Shown here in pieces: positions 1 through 11,261 of a stretch of DNA of 64,000 bases. The DNA comes from Macrostomum hystrix. Lineage: Eukaryota > Animalia > Platyhelminthes. Position numbers and translations under genes: made by a program. Position 1 is the first letter of the stretch. Every line of letters begins with the position of its first letter. The stretch spans positions 5,952,001 through 6,016,000 of the forward strand of contig CATNEN010000025.1 of NCBI GenBank assembly GCA_950097015.1. Reading direction: 5' to 3'. The notes beneath the pieces were generated by a model that saw nothing but the letters and a program-made list of their open reading frames with translations, did not search any database and was not told the origin of the DNA.

Positions 1-480
1 GGGGGGAATTTTTTGGCAGCGCCCGAACGCTAACAGCGTTCAGTGGCTAACAGTGGCTCAATATTTAGGCTTGAGCAGTGAAATTGGAGAAATTCGCGTC
101 AGGGTGGCAATATAGTGGCCTAGTTACACCTGTTGTAGCCCTTGAAGGTCCAGCAGTCCGTCTAGATAAAGGTCGGTGACCGCCGAAGACGGAGATGATG
201 CAGGCACATTCGGGTGACATGCTGATCAATTTTGAAGGCATGGAGAGGTCACACTGATGCGCAGTGCTAATTGGTGCATAGTAAAAATCCAACCTTCGGC
301 CAGAACCATTGAATATCTCGACGGTCTGAAGAGCTGGCGACTAATTGATTCTTGTTTCAGAAGATGCGCAACAAAAAGTTGCCCGTTTTCTTGAGTTTCG
401 TGTGCTTGTGTTGCTCCGTTCGGGTGCAGTATAAAAAACTGTCTGGGGGAAACGCGCTTGGTAGTTATACTGTTAAACAA
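1..480 (-). mobile_element. Degenerate DNA transposon remnant, possibly PIF/Harbinger-ISL2EU (DDE_Tnp_4)-like
   Basis: Shares long blocks with 60690-60990 (ttttttggcagcgcc, tgtagcccttgaaggtccagcagtccgtctaga, ggagatgatg.aggcacat.cgggtgacatgctga). Minus-strand frames give FILHPNGAT and MVLAEGWIFTMHQ, which loosely resemble the ITPNGAI and VLADRGFTIH motifs of DDE_Tnp_4. The frames are broken. Confidence 0.4.
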
Positions 481-1142
481 AATTAAAAAAAAAATTTAAT
501 TTTTAATGCATTTTTTCTTTTATCAACTGTTTTAAATTATTTGTAATGAAAACTTTCACTATAAAAACTGTTTTATGCCTGCAAAAATTAGAATAGTATG
601 TTTTAAAAAAAGAAGTTTAATTGAAAAACATTAATTTAAATAAATTACAATAATTTCTGTCATTTAATATAAAAAAAAAAGGTAATAAATTTAAGAATAG
701 ATAATTATATTCAATTTATATACTTTTAGCAATTTTTTACAGTTTTCTATAAATATCAAAATTATAAAGCAAGTTCAATTAGGCCTTTAAAATCTTGACA
801 AACGAATTTTAAAGAGAAAAATTTATCCTGCTTTTTTCGACGCACCATGAACACTTAAAAGATCAATTAATATAACTTAACAAAAATCTAGTACATGGTA
901 TTGTCGATAATTTATTTAACTAAATTAAACTTTAGATCACACACGATCGTTTAATAAAACAACGAAATAACAATAGATACATTTTTCGAAGTATTTCGAA
1001 AAATACTTATTTTTAATATATATTAATACTTCTATTATTAAAAAAACTTATTTCTATTGATTTTTATCGAAATCGATAAAGATAAACTAGTGAAATATTT
1101 AGTAAAATTTATCAACTAACTTCGCAACGCAACGCACTGCAG

Positions 1143-2500
1143 TGCCTCACGGGAGTCGAACTGGCGACCGCACACAAGCTGAACTTAAGCGCCGGCCTGA
1201 GCCGCGGGGAATTCGGCAGTCTAGCCGTGGCGCTGCTGCAGCAGCAGCTAGCCGGTCGATGCATTCTCGCCGCCACCGCCGGAACTGACGAATCCAACGC
1301 GACGAAAACTACACGGGATATTAAATGGGGTTGGGAAGACTTCCTGACATATCTTTGAGTTTGGATTCCCCGATAATTTATCGTGTATCTCGATAGACTG
1401 GTCCCTCACTCAAATCCCGCAGCCTACATATACGGCACAGTCTCCGTGACCATCATCTCGCTTCTATCCTGCATCGGCTGCATTCTGGTGACCTGCAATC
1501 GCGCCGCCTGCTACCCCAACCTGATGCTGTTCCTCGTTGAACTCGCCGTCGGCTCCCTGGTTGGCGAGTCTCTGCTGCACCTGCTGCCAACAGTCGTCGA
1601 GAACGGCCACGAAGAAGGCCACGGCGGAGGCGGCGGGGTGCCGGCCAACTTCCTCAAACTGGTGGCCGCCGCTGCCACCATCTGCATCCTGCATGCTGTG
1701 GACACCGGCAGCACAGTCGGCGGCCTCGAAGGTCACAGCCACGACGCCCCGATGTCGCTAGAGGCCGGCCAGACCTACTCGGTGTCAACCGTCGACCAGG
1801 CCGCAGCCGCCAAGCCGACAGCCGCTACTGAAGCTGCAGCCACAGCCGAGAAGGTCTACGACGAGGACATCGGCTTCAGCTCCGGCCTGACGCAGCACCC
1901 GCCTGTCAGCATCCGCCAGCTGCTCCACCATCCGAAGCTTTGCCTGCGCGGCCCAGTGCGGCTGTGCATGTTCGTCATGCTGAGCGACGCTCTGCACAAT
2001 TTCGCCGACGGAGTCGCCATCGGTGCCGCATTTTCCCTGGGCGACTCCGACGGTCTCAGGCTGAGCCTGAGCATCGGGCTGCACGAGCTGGCTCACGAGC
2101 TCGCTGACTTTGCCGTCCTGTTGAGCTGCGGCTTCTCGGTGCGGGCTGCGGTTGGCATCAACTTCATCTGCACCGCCACCGCCTTCGTCGGCATGTTTAT
2201 CGCCGTGCCGCTGGCGGAGGCGTCGTCCGAGGCAAAGCTCTGGATCCTGGCGGTGGCAGCGGCCATGTTTCTGTACATCGCCTTGGTTACAATGGTGAGT
2301 ACAGCAGTGAGTAGTCTAATTATTTAGCCAAGGCCAAACCTTCATAATCGCCAAGGTTAAATCTAAACCAAATGCAGACAAACCTGGTGCGCCGCAGCTA
2401 CCGCCCTAAAAGTACATCCGCCTTCCTGGTCGGCAATTTGGGCCTGATCTGCGGCTTCCTGTCCGTCATTGCCATTTCGTTGTACGAATTTTTCGGCTAA
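1143..2500 (+). CDS. ZIP/SLC39A zinc transporter, LIV-1 subfamily (3' part; exons 1143-1329, 1423-2294, 2378-2500; upstream exon(s) not located)
   Basis: Exon 1143-1329 translates CLTGVELATAHKLNLSAGLSRGEFGSLAVALLQQQLAGRC, which resembles the PAL-motif ectodomain. The middle exon has DALHNFADG and HELAHELADF (TM4/TM5) plus His-rich loops. The last exon reads ...FLVGNLGLICGFLSVIAISLYEFFG*. Junction phases (1, 0) match. Confidence 0.92.
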
Positions 2501-2710
2501 TCGACACCGCATGATTGGGAAGATTTCTAAATGAAAGGATACCGTGAAAAACATATGTTTCTACCGGATCTTACTTTAGTTACTAAAGTGTGCATACTGC
2601 CTAATTAAAGTGGCGTGAACGCTAATTAATTTTTTACAAAATAGTTTTTATTCAGCTTAGACATGCTACTGTACCGTGTGCAGTGAGTAATAACTAGTGT
2701 GTTTTATGGA

Positions 2711-2711
2711 C

Positions 2712-2767
<56 letters not shown>

Positions 2768-2768
2768 G
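2711..2768. repeat. (GATA)n microsatellite
   Basis: Continuous atag repeats. Confidence 0.95.
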
Positions 2769-3229
2769 CTGTTAAATCAATAAATCAATAGTTAGAAGAA
2801 AAGCTAGAAAAAACTAAAGTATATCTGTAAGATTTTATATGTCGAACAATGTATTTCTATTTACTGTTTGACCAAAAATTTCCAATGTCAAATCATTTCC
2901 TTTTCCAAAATCATATTACTCCACAATTATTTCTAATGTCGCCGACATAAATTACAGTGCAGGTTAGTTGAACAAAACGACAACAGACACACGAGTTATA
3001 TGCACAAAAATAAACAAAAAATAATCTGATCATTCTTTTGACGGTTTAAAAACGAGTGCGAATTGTAGATTGTTGCCAGGTTGGTGGCAACCCAGGTGCT
3101 TGAGACTGCAGAAGCATTTGGTCAGGAATCAATTGCAATAATTTAAAAAGGGCTTTGATAGCCTGAAGGCGGGCAGGCACTGCAAGATAGAGTCAGACAC
3201 CTAAGGACAGGCTGACAAAGACCCGAGTG

Positions 3230-3910
3230 CAGGCAGACAGGCACTGGAGGACAGGTAGACAGACACTGGAGGACAGACAGACACTGGGGGACAGACAGAC
3301 ACTGGGGGACAGACAGACACTGGGGGACAGACAGACACTGGGGGACAGACAGACACTGGGGGACAGACAGACACTGGGGGACAGACAGACACTGGGGGAC
3401 AGACAGACACTGGGGGACAGACAGACACTGGAGGACAGACAGACACTGGAGGACAGACTGGAAGACAGACAGGCACTGGAGGACAGACAGACACTGGAGG
3501 ACAGGCGGACAGACACTGGAGGACAAGCAGACACTGGAGGACAGGTAGACAGACACTGGAGGACAGGGAGACAGGCACTGGAGGACAGGTAGACAGACAC
3601 TGGAGGACAGGCAGACACTGGAGGACAGGCAGACACTGGAGGACAGGCAGACACTGGAGGACAGGCGGACAGACACTGGAGGACAGGCGGACAGACACTG
3701 GAGGACAGGCGGACAGACACTGGAGGACAGGCGGACAGACACTGGAGGACAGGCGGACAGACACTGGAGGACAGGCGGACAGACACTGGAGGACAGGCGG
3801 AAAGACACTGGAGGACAGGCGGACAGACACTGGAGGACAGGCGGACAGACACTGGAGGACAGGCGGACAGACACTGGAGGACAGGCGGACAGACACTGGA
3901 GGACAGGCGA
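3230..3910. repeat. Minisatellite, 18/22-bp units (GGACAGGCGGACAGACACTGGA family)
   Basis: Visible tandem array. It explains the repetitive ORFs at 3143-4041. Confidence 0.95.
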
Positions 3911-4342
3911 ACAGATGGGCTGTCACCAAATGAGTATGAAAGTGCATCTCTAACGTAAATTATTAAATTTAAAGCACGAAATTCACATACAACTATCAAG
4001 TTAATAAGATTGCTTGGAAAATAAGGCAAAAATAACAGCATACTGATTTTGTGACAAATTGTGAGGCTGAGAACCAGTTGAAATCGTTTTATGAATTAAA
4101 AATACGAAAATAATTTCTAGAAAAACAAACAAAATTAAACAACCTTTTAGATTAAAACTGATTCTTATTAGGAAGCGCTAAAGAACTTATGTCCATTGTA
4201 GACTTACATCAACTAAAAGTGTGCTTCCTAAAATACTTCAATTTCACCTAATAAAAATCTGAGCTGAAATTGCTAGATATGTTTAGGACAGCTTCGGTTT
4301 GAAAGACGCCTACAGTACAAACTATGTTTAACAGTATCGTGC

Positions 4343-6822
4343 GTCAGGCTAGCAATCCACAGCAACTATTGTTCTATTATTGTGGGTCAGGCTAGCAATC
4401 CACAGCAACTATTGTTCTATTATTGTAGGTCAGGCTAGCAATCCACAGCAACTATTGTTCTATCATTGAGGATCAGGCTAGCAATCCACAGCAACTATTG
4501 TTTTATTATTGTAGGTCAGGCTAGCAATCCACAGCAACTATTGTTCTATTATTGTAGGTCAGGCTAGCAATCCACAGTAACTATTGTTCTATCATTGAGG
4601 ATCAGGCTAGCAATCCACAGCAACTATATTGTTCTATTATTGTGGGTCAGGCTAGCAATCCACAGCAACTATTGTTCTATTATTGTGGGTCAGGCTAGCA
4701 ATCCACAGCAACTATTGTTCTATTATTGTAGGTCAGGCTAGCAATCCACAGCAACTATATTGTTCTATTATTGTAGGTCAGGCTAGCAATCCACAGCAAC
4801 TATTGTTCTATCATTGAGGATCTGGCTAGCAATCCACAGCAACTATATTGTTCTATTATTGTGGGTCAGGCTAGCAATCCACAGCAACTATTGTTCTATT
4901 ATTGTAGGTCAGGCTAGCAATCCACAGCAACTATATTGTTCTATTATTGTGGGTCAGGCTAGCAATCCACAGCAACTATTGTTCTATTATTGTAGGTCAG
5001 GCTAGCAATCCACAGTAACTATTGTTCTATTATTGTAGGTCAGGCTAGCAATCCACAGCAACTATATTGTTCTATTATTGTGGGTCAGGCTAGCAATCCA
5101 CAGCAACTATTGTTCTATTATTGTAGGTCAGGCTAGCAATCCACAGCAACTATATTGTTCTATTATTGTGGGTCAGGCTAGCAATCCACAGCAACTATTG
5201 TTCTATTATTGTAGGTCAGGCTAGCAATCCACAGCAACTATATTGTTCTATTATTGTGGGTCAGGCTAGCAATCCACAGCAACTATTGTTCTATTATTGT
5301 AGGTCAGGCTAGCAATCCACAGCAACTATATTGTTCTATTATTGTGGGTCAGGCTAGCAATCCACAGCAACTATTGTTCTATTATTGTAGGTCAGGCTAG
5401 CAATCCACAGCAACTATTGTTCTATTATTGTAGGTCAGGCTAGCAATCCACAGCAACTATTGTTCTATTATTGCGGGTCAGGCTAGCAATCCACAGCAAC
5501 TATTGTTCTATCATTGAGGATCAGGCTAGCAATCCACAGCAACTATTGTTCTATTATTGTGGGTCAGGCTAGCAATCCACAGCAACTATTGTTCTATTAT
5601 TGTAGGTCAGGCTAGCAATCCACAGCAACTATTGTTCTATTATTGTAGGTCAGGCTAGCAATCCACAGCAACTATTGTTCTATCATTGAGGATCTGGCTA
5701 GCAATCCACAGCAACTATATTGTTCTATTATTGTGGGTCAGGCTAGCAATCCACAGCAACTATTGTTCTATTATTGTACGTCAGGCTAGCAATCCACAGC
5801 AACTATATTGTTCTATTATTGTGGGTCAGGCTAGCAATCCACAGCAACTATTGTTCTATTATTGTAGGTCAGGCTAGCAATCCACAGTAACTATTGTTCT
5901 ATTATTGTAGGTCAGGCTAGCAATCCACAGCAACTATATTGTTCTATTATTGTGGGTCAGGCTAGCAATCCACAGCAACTATTGTTCTATTATTGTAGGT
6001 CAGGCTAGCAATCCACAGCAACTATATTGTTCTATTATTGTGGGTCAGGCTAGCAATCCACAGCAACTATTGTTCTATTATTGTAGGTCAGGCTAGCAAT
6101 CCACAGCAACTATATTGTTCTATTATTGTGGGTCAGGCTAGCAATCCACAGCAACTATTGTTCTATTATTGTAGGTCAGGCTAGCAATCCACAGCAACTA
6201 TATTGTTCCATTATTGTGGGTCAGGCTAGCAATCCACAGCAACTATTGTTCTATTATTGTAGGTCAGGCTAGCAATCCACAGCAACTATTGTTCTATTAT
6301 TGTAGGTCAGGCTAGCAATCCACAGCAACTATTGTTCTATTATTGCGGGTCAGGCTAGCAATCCACAGCAACTATTGTTCTATCATTGAGGATCAGGCTA
6401 GCAATCCACAGCAACTATTGTTCTATCATTGAGGATCAGGCTAGCAATCCACAGCAACTATTGTTCTATTATTGTAGGTCAGGCTAGCAATCCACAGTGG
6501 TCAGGCTGGCAATCCACAGTGGTCAGGCTAGCAATCAACAGTATCTATCGTTCTACCATTGCGGGTCAGGCTAGCAATCCACAGCAACTATATTGCTCTA
6601 TTATTGTGGGTCAGGCTAGCAATCCACAGTAACTATTGTTCTATTATTGTAGGTCAGGCTAGCAATCCACAGTGGTCAGGCTAGCAATCCACAGCAACTA
6701 TTGCTCTATTATTGTGGGTCAGGCTAGCAATCCACAGCAACTATTGTTCTATTATTGTGGGTCAGGCTAGCAATCCACAGTATCTATTGTTCTACCATTG
6801 CGGGTCAGGCTAGCAATCACAG
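4343..6822. repeat. Minisatellite, 43/45-bp unit (GTCAGGCTAGCAATCCACAGCAACTATTGTTCTATTATTGTGG)
   Basis: Tandem array with an internal 872-bp higher-order duplication (near-identical ORFs at 4814 and 5686). Confidence 0.95.
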
Positions 6823-6835
6823 CATGTTTCGCAGC

Positions 6836-9800
6836 TCAGAATGGGCTGTAGCCTCTCCGCTTGCCCGACCTGCCTGTGCGCAGCGCCATGCAGGCAAACA
6901 GCACAGCCAGTGCCAGCAGCAGGATGAATAGCACAGTCAGGAACACGAAAATTGGCAGCGAGACCGCCCAAATGAGGCCCTCAGTTGGACTGTCAGCTGA
7001 CTGTTGAATGGCGAAGCCTAACGGCCAGCCGATTCGATTCAGCACTGGCGTCTGGCGGCGGAGAAGTTCGGTTGGTTGCCATGGAGATCGAGGTAGGATT
7101 TGGTTCGAATTTTGACGGCAGATTATCGATAAAAAAACAGTTGCTTAACTTACCACAATTTTCCCTTCTCTGCGATAGCTCGTAATCTGAAATTATTTAG
7201 ATCGTGAAATTTGTTTACTTAAAATGTACTCAATCCTTAAAATGTACCTAAACCATCATCTTCTGCATACAAACCGATAAACTGTACTAAACTTATGACA
7301 AACTGTGTCAACTCATAGCTTTCTTTACTCAACTCATAACCTACTGTACTCAACTCATAACCTACTGTACTCAACTCATAACCTACTGTACTCAACTCAT
7401 AACCTACTGTACTCAACTCATAACCTACTGTACTCAACTCATAACCTACTGTACTCAACTCATTAACCATCTCAGTCAATCCAGCAGGTGTACAGCCTGG
7501 CTCACCTTGTCCAGGAATTCAATATTTCCCCAGTTGGTGTCGTTGAAGCCGATGCCCCGCAGGAGGGTCTCAGTGTACACCCCGGAGAAGCAGTACCACC
7601 TGAGCCGGGCCTCGGGCACACTCTCGCTTGACCTGTAGGGCCGGCTGCAGAAACTGTCCACCAGGATGGACACCTCAGTGAGGTTGGCGCTGCCGCGACC
7701 GTCGGCCCGACTGTCCGCAGTCAAGTTAAAATAATTGGCCACGTGATAGAAACCGGCGAAGGCCACGAACCTGCCGACGGGATCCGGCTGGTAGACATTG
7801 TTGAACGAGCAGCTGGACTTGTCGCACAATGAGCTAAAGAAGCGAGCTACCAATAGGCGGCAACGAGAGGCGTCACCGCTGCCTGTGACCAGGAAGCGGG
7901 CTTCGCGCTTGGCTGCAGGCACTGCGAACAGACCGTCTGAGCAGGGCGACTGGTACACATCGCTGGCTCGCACCTGATTGGGTGAGACCAGTTTGAAGCG
8001 CTTTTATGAGAGAAAGACTTCAAATTAAGAATAGGATGACGCAGGGTCAAGGATACGATGACTTCAGGTTGAGGATACGATGACTTCAGGTTGAGGATAC
8101 GATGACTTCAGGTTGAGGATACGATGACTTCAGGTTGAGGATACGATGACTTCAGGTTGAGGATACGATGACTTCAGGTTGAGGATACGATGACTTCAGG
8201 TTGAGGATACGATGACTTCATGTTGAGAAGACAATGACTTCAGGTTGAGGATACGATGACTTCATGTTGAGGATACGATGACTTGAGGTTGAGGATACGA
8301 TGACTTGAGGTTGAGGATACGATGACTTCATGTTGAGGATACGATGACTTGAGGTTGAGGATACGATGACTTGAGGTTGAGGATACGATGACTTCATGTT
8401 GAGGATACGATGAATTGAGGTTGAGGATACGATGACTTGAGGTTGAGGATACGATGACTTCAGGCTGAGGATACTATTATTCTACAGCTGAATGCCGAAA
8501 TTTAAGTTTCAAAAGACGCCCAGGCGCACCTTGTCAGCGTATCCCATCTGCCAGCAGGGGAAGTCGACCGGCTTCTCGTCGTCGAAGCCGGCGTCGGAGA
8601 TGGCCCGGCCCAGGGCCCGACGCTGCACCGCAGCCAAGCCGTAGCAGGCGAAGCTGTGCGCGTACACCCGCCGGGTTTGGCCATAGACAGTCAGAGGCCG
8701 AGTGTCGGGTGCGTTCGGCGGCGCCTCTGCCGGCGACTCGAACGCCACCTGGACGCTGCCATCGCCGAGATCCAGACTGCCGAAGGTTGGCATCGGCGTC
8801 GGGGAGCTCAAGGGGGACGCTCCAGCAGTGTCAGCGTCCTGCAGATTGGCGACATCGCCGAAGCCAGCCCTGAGATAGTTGACGGCCACCCAGGCGGCGC
8901 GAGCCTCTTCGTCGCCCTCCAGGATGCGCACGGAGGCCGTGGCGTTGGCGCCAAGATCGAAGCGGAAGCCGCCGCTGCCGCCAGGTCGGAGAATCTGCCG
9001 GGCGGCCGAAATCACAGCCTCAGCATCGGTGGCATTCATCTGCCTGCGGTCAGGGCAAGCGGGTTGCAACGTTAAGAAATAAAAGCTGACTGAAGGGTTA
9101 CATTTTGGCACTTTAAGCCAAGGTGTATACATTCACATGTACATTCAGATGTACATTCATATGTACTTTATTATGTACATTCATATGTACTTTAATATGT
9201 ACATTCATATGTACGTTAATATGTACATCCGCATGTACATACATATATATACATTTATTTGTACATTCATATGTACATTCACATCTACAATTGAATACTT
9301 ATCTCTCCAATCAGACAGCGCCTCACCTGAGCATCCGCATGCCAGCTGTGGCTCCCAGATACAGCCTAGTCCGCTTCTCCAGTTTCTCCGGCACAGACGG
9401 CCTGACTGCGGTCACAGCCGCTCGCATCTGTTCCAGACCTCCGGGCGATTCAATTGGCAGTGCTGCAGATTCGAGGATAAAGATAATGGTTAATCCATTA
9501 ATCTAATTATCCTATTCTAAAGCCGGGCTCAAATTAGCAGACTTCACAGTGTGGCTCACCAGTGCCAGCCAGGGCCTTCTGGAAGGCGACCCCGTTGCCA
9601 CGGTATTTGCTGGCTCGCCAATCGAAAACATAGGCCTTGGTTGAGTGAGTTCCTGCGTCCACGACAACAGAGAACTGAAAGAACAATTATGGCTTGGGTA
9701 CAGGTGTTGAGCTGAGTACAGGTGTTGAGCTGAGTACAGGTGATGAGTTGAGTACAGTTGATGAGTTCAGTACAGGTGATGAGTTGAGTACAGTTGATGA

Positions 9801-11041
9801 GTTCAGTACAGGTTAATCCATTAGTTCTCAACTGTATTAAGCTGCCAAAAGCTGCCACTTTTGGCAGCTCGGGCGGCGGCGGCGGCGGATCTTTCAAGGT
9901 CAAGTTGGCAAGTGATCGGTGTTTTTGAAATCGGTGTACCGTCTGACACTACAGGTTGAGTACAGGTGATGATTTGATGAATTAAGGTGATAGATGGGGC
10001 ACAGAAGGGAATAGGTTGAGCACATAAGAGAATAGGTTAAGCACATAAAGGAATAGGTTGAGCACATAGGGTAATAGGTTAAGTAAAGTAGGTGATGTGT
10101 TCAGTAGAATCATGAAAATGTGGCATCGGCTTTTTTGGAAAATTTAACTTAGGTTCCGAGTTCAAATCCGCAGCCAGGTTTTTATTCAGTAAATTATCAG
10201 ATAGCCATATCAGTCCTCATTTTCTACTCACCGTGACAGCTGGTCTGCTCAGCGCTAGGTGCACAACGACCAACACGATGAGACCGACGGCGCCAATGGC
10301 CAGGGCTAGCGCCGCCAAAATCCACCAAGTGGACAGCGCCGGAGGCGCCACTTTTGGCAGCTCGGGTGGCGGCGGCGGCGGATCTTTCAAGGTCAAGTTG
10401 GCAAGTGATCGGTGTTTTTGAAATCGGTGTACCGTCTGACACTACAGCCTGACACCTGAACAAATACTCCAACCTGACACCTGAACTGGCACTCCAACCT
10501 GACACCTGAACTGGCACTCCAACCTGTCAACTGAACTGGCACTCCAACCTGACACCTGAACTGGCACTCCAACCTGACACCTGAACTGGCACTCCAACCT
10601 GTCAACTTAACTGGCACTCCAACCTGACACCTGAACTGGCACTCCAACCTGTCAACTTAACTGGCACTCCAACCTGACACCTGAACTGGCACTCCAACCT
10701 GACACATGAACTGGCACTCCAACCTGACACCTGAACTGGCACTCCAACCTGACACATGAACTGGCACTCCAACCTGACACATGAACTGGCACTCCAACCT
10801 GACACCTGAACTGGCACTCCAACCTGACACCTGAACTGGCACTCTACTAAAACCTGACACCTGAACTGGCACTCCACTAAACCCTGACACCTGAACTGGC
10901 ACTTTACTAAACCCTGACACCTGAACTGGCGCTCTACTAAAACCTGACACCTGAACTGGCGCTCTACTAAACCCTGACACCTGAACTGGCAGACAGCAGA
11001 CACTCACTCACTTTTATTATATGCAAAGATGGTCTCTCCAT
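6836..11041 (-). CDS. Ecto-nucleoside triphosphate diphosphohydrolase (CD39/GDA1, NTPDase) with N- and C-terminal TM helices; exons 11041-11012, 10435-10232, 9674-9560, 9462-9327, 9043-8530, 7973-7506, 7051-6836
   Basis: Apyrase conserved regions are present: ACR1 VVVDAGTHST, ACR2 LGATAGMRML, ACR3 EEARAAWVAVNY, ACR4 DLGDGSVQ, ACR5 IGWPLG. TM segments are WWILAALALAIGAVGLIVLVVV and LPIFVFLTVLFILLLALAVLFA. All six introns are GT-AG and in phase. The first 10-codon exon is the least certain part. Confidence 0.9.
7308..7465. repeat. 21-bp minisatellite (ACTCAACTCATAACCTACTGT), intronic
   Basis: Visible tandem array. Confidence 0.9.
8050..8472. repeat. 22-bp minisatellite (GAGGATACGATGACTTCAGGTT), intronic
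   Basis: Visible tandem array. Confidence 0.95.
9125..9290. repeat. 12-bp degenerate repeat (ATGTACATTCAT), intronic
   Basis: Visible tandem array. Confidence 0.85.
9700..9815. repeat. 18-bp repeat (GTACAGGTGATGAGTTGA-like), intronic
   Basis: Visible tandem array. Confidence 0.8.
10450..10990. repeat. 25-bp minisatellite (CTGAACTGGCACTCCAACCTGACAC), NTPDase intron 1
   Basis: Visible tandem array. Confidence 0.95.
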
Positions 11042-11261
11042 CAGCCAGTCCAGACTCCGCTATGGTGTTGGTTAATTCCAATTCTGGATTCGCAGCATTC
11101 CTACGCAGTGCAAAAGTGTCCTTGCGTTTGACCCTCTTCTCGGTGCAGAACTCGTCCAGCAGCCAGTCCAGAGTCTTGTCGGCCGTTGTCTGCACGTGCA
11201 CCCGGCCAAATATCTCGTCATTGTCCAGGTCACACTTGACCGTGATAGTAATAATACTCAT
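11004..11261 (-). CDS. Small ubiquitin-like (beta-grasp) domain protein, 85 aa if unspliced
   Basis: MSIITITVKC...VHVQTTADKTLDWLLDEFCTEKRVKRKDTFALRR...LELTNTIAESGLADGETIFAY follows the UBL/SUMO-like pattern (I-x-V, T-L-x-x-L, T-I-x-E-x-G-L-x-D-G-x-T-I). It starts at a true ATG and has no C-terminal di-Gly. Confidence 0.65.
   Translation of the reverse strand: MSIITITVKCDLDNDEIFGRVHVQTTADKTLDWLLDEFCTEKRVKRKDTFALRRNAANPELELTNTIAESGLADGETIFAYNKSE

Noticed and set aside
4343-6822. CRISPR-like regular repeats (this and other arrays)
   Set aside because: The units are directly adjacent with no unique spacers, there are no cas genes, and the context is intron-rich eukaryotic DNA.
10224-10517. ORF containing DFGGAS, similar to apyrase ACR4
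   Set aside because: The phase of the next exon shows the TM-encoding frame is the NTPDase frame, and the real ACR4 is in exon 5. This frame is used only if the UBL ORF is spliced.
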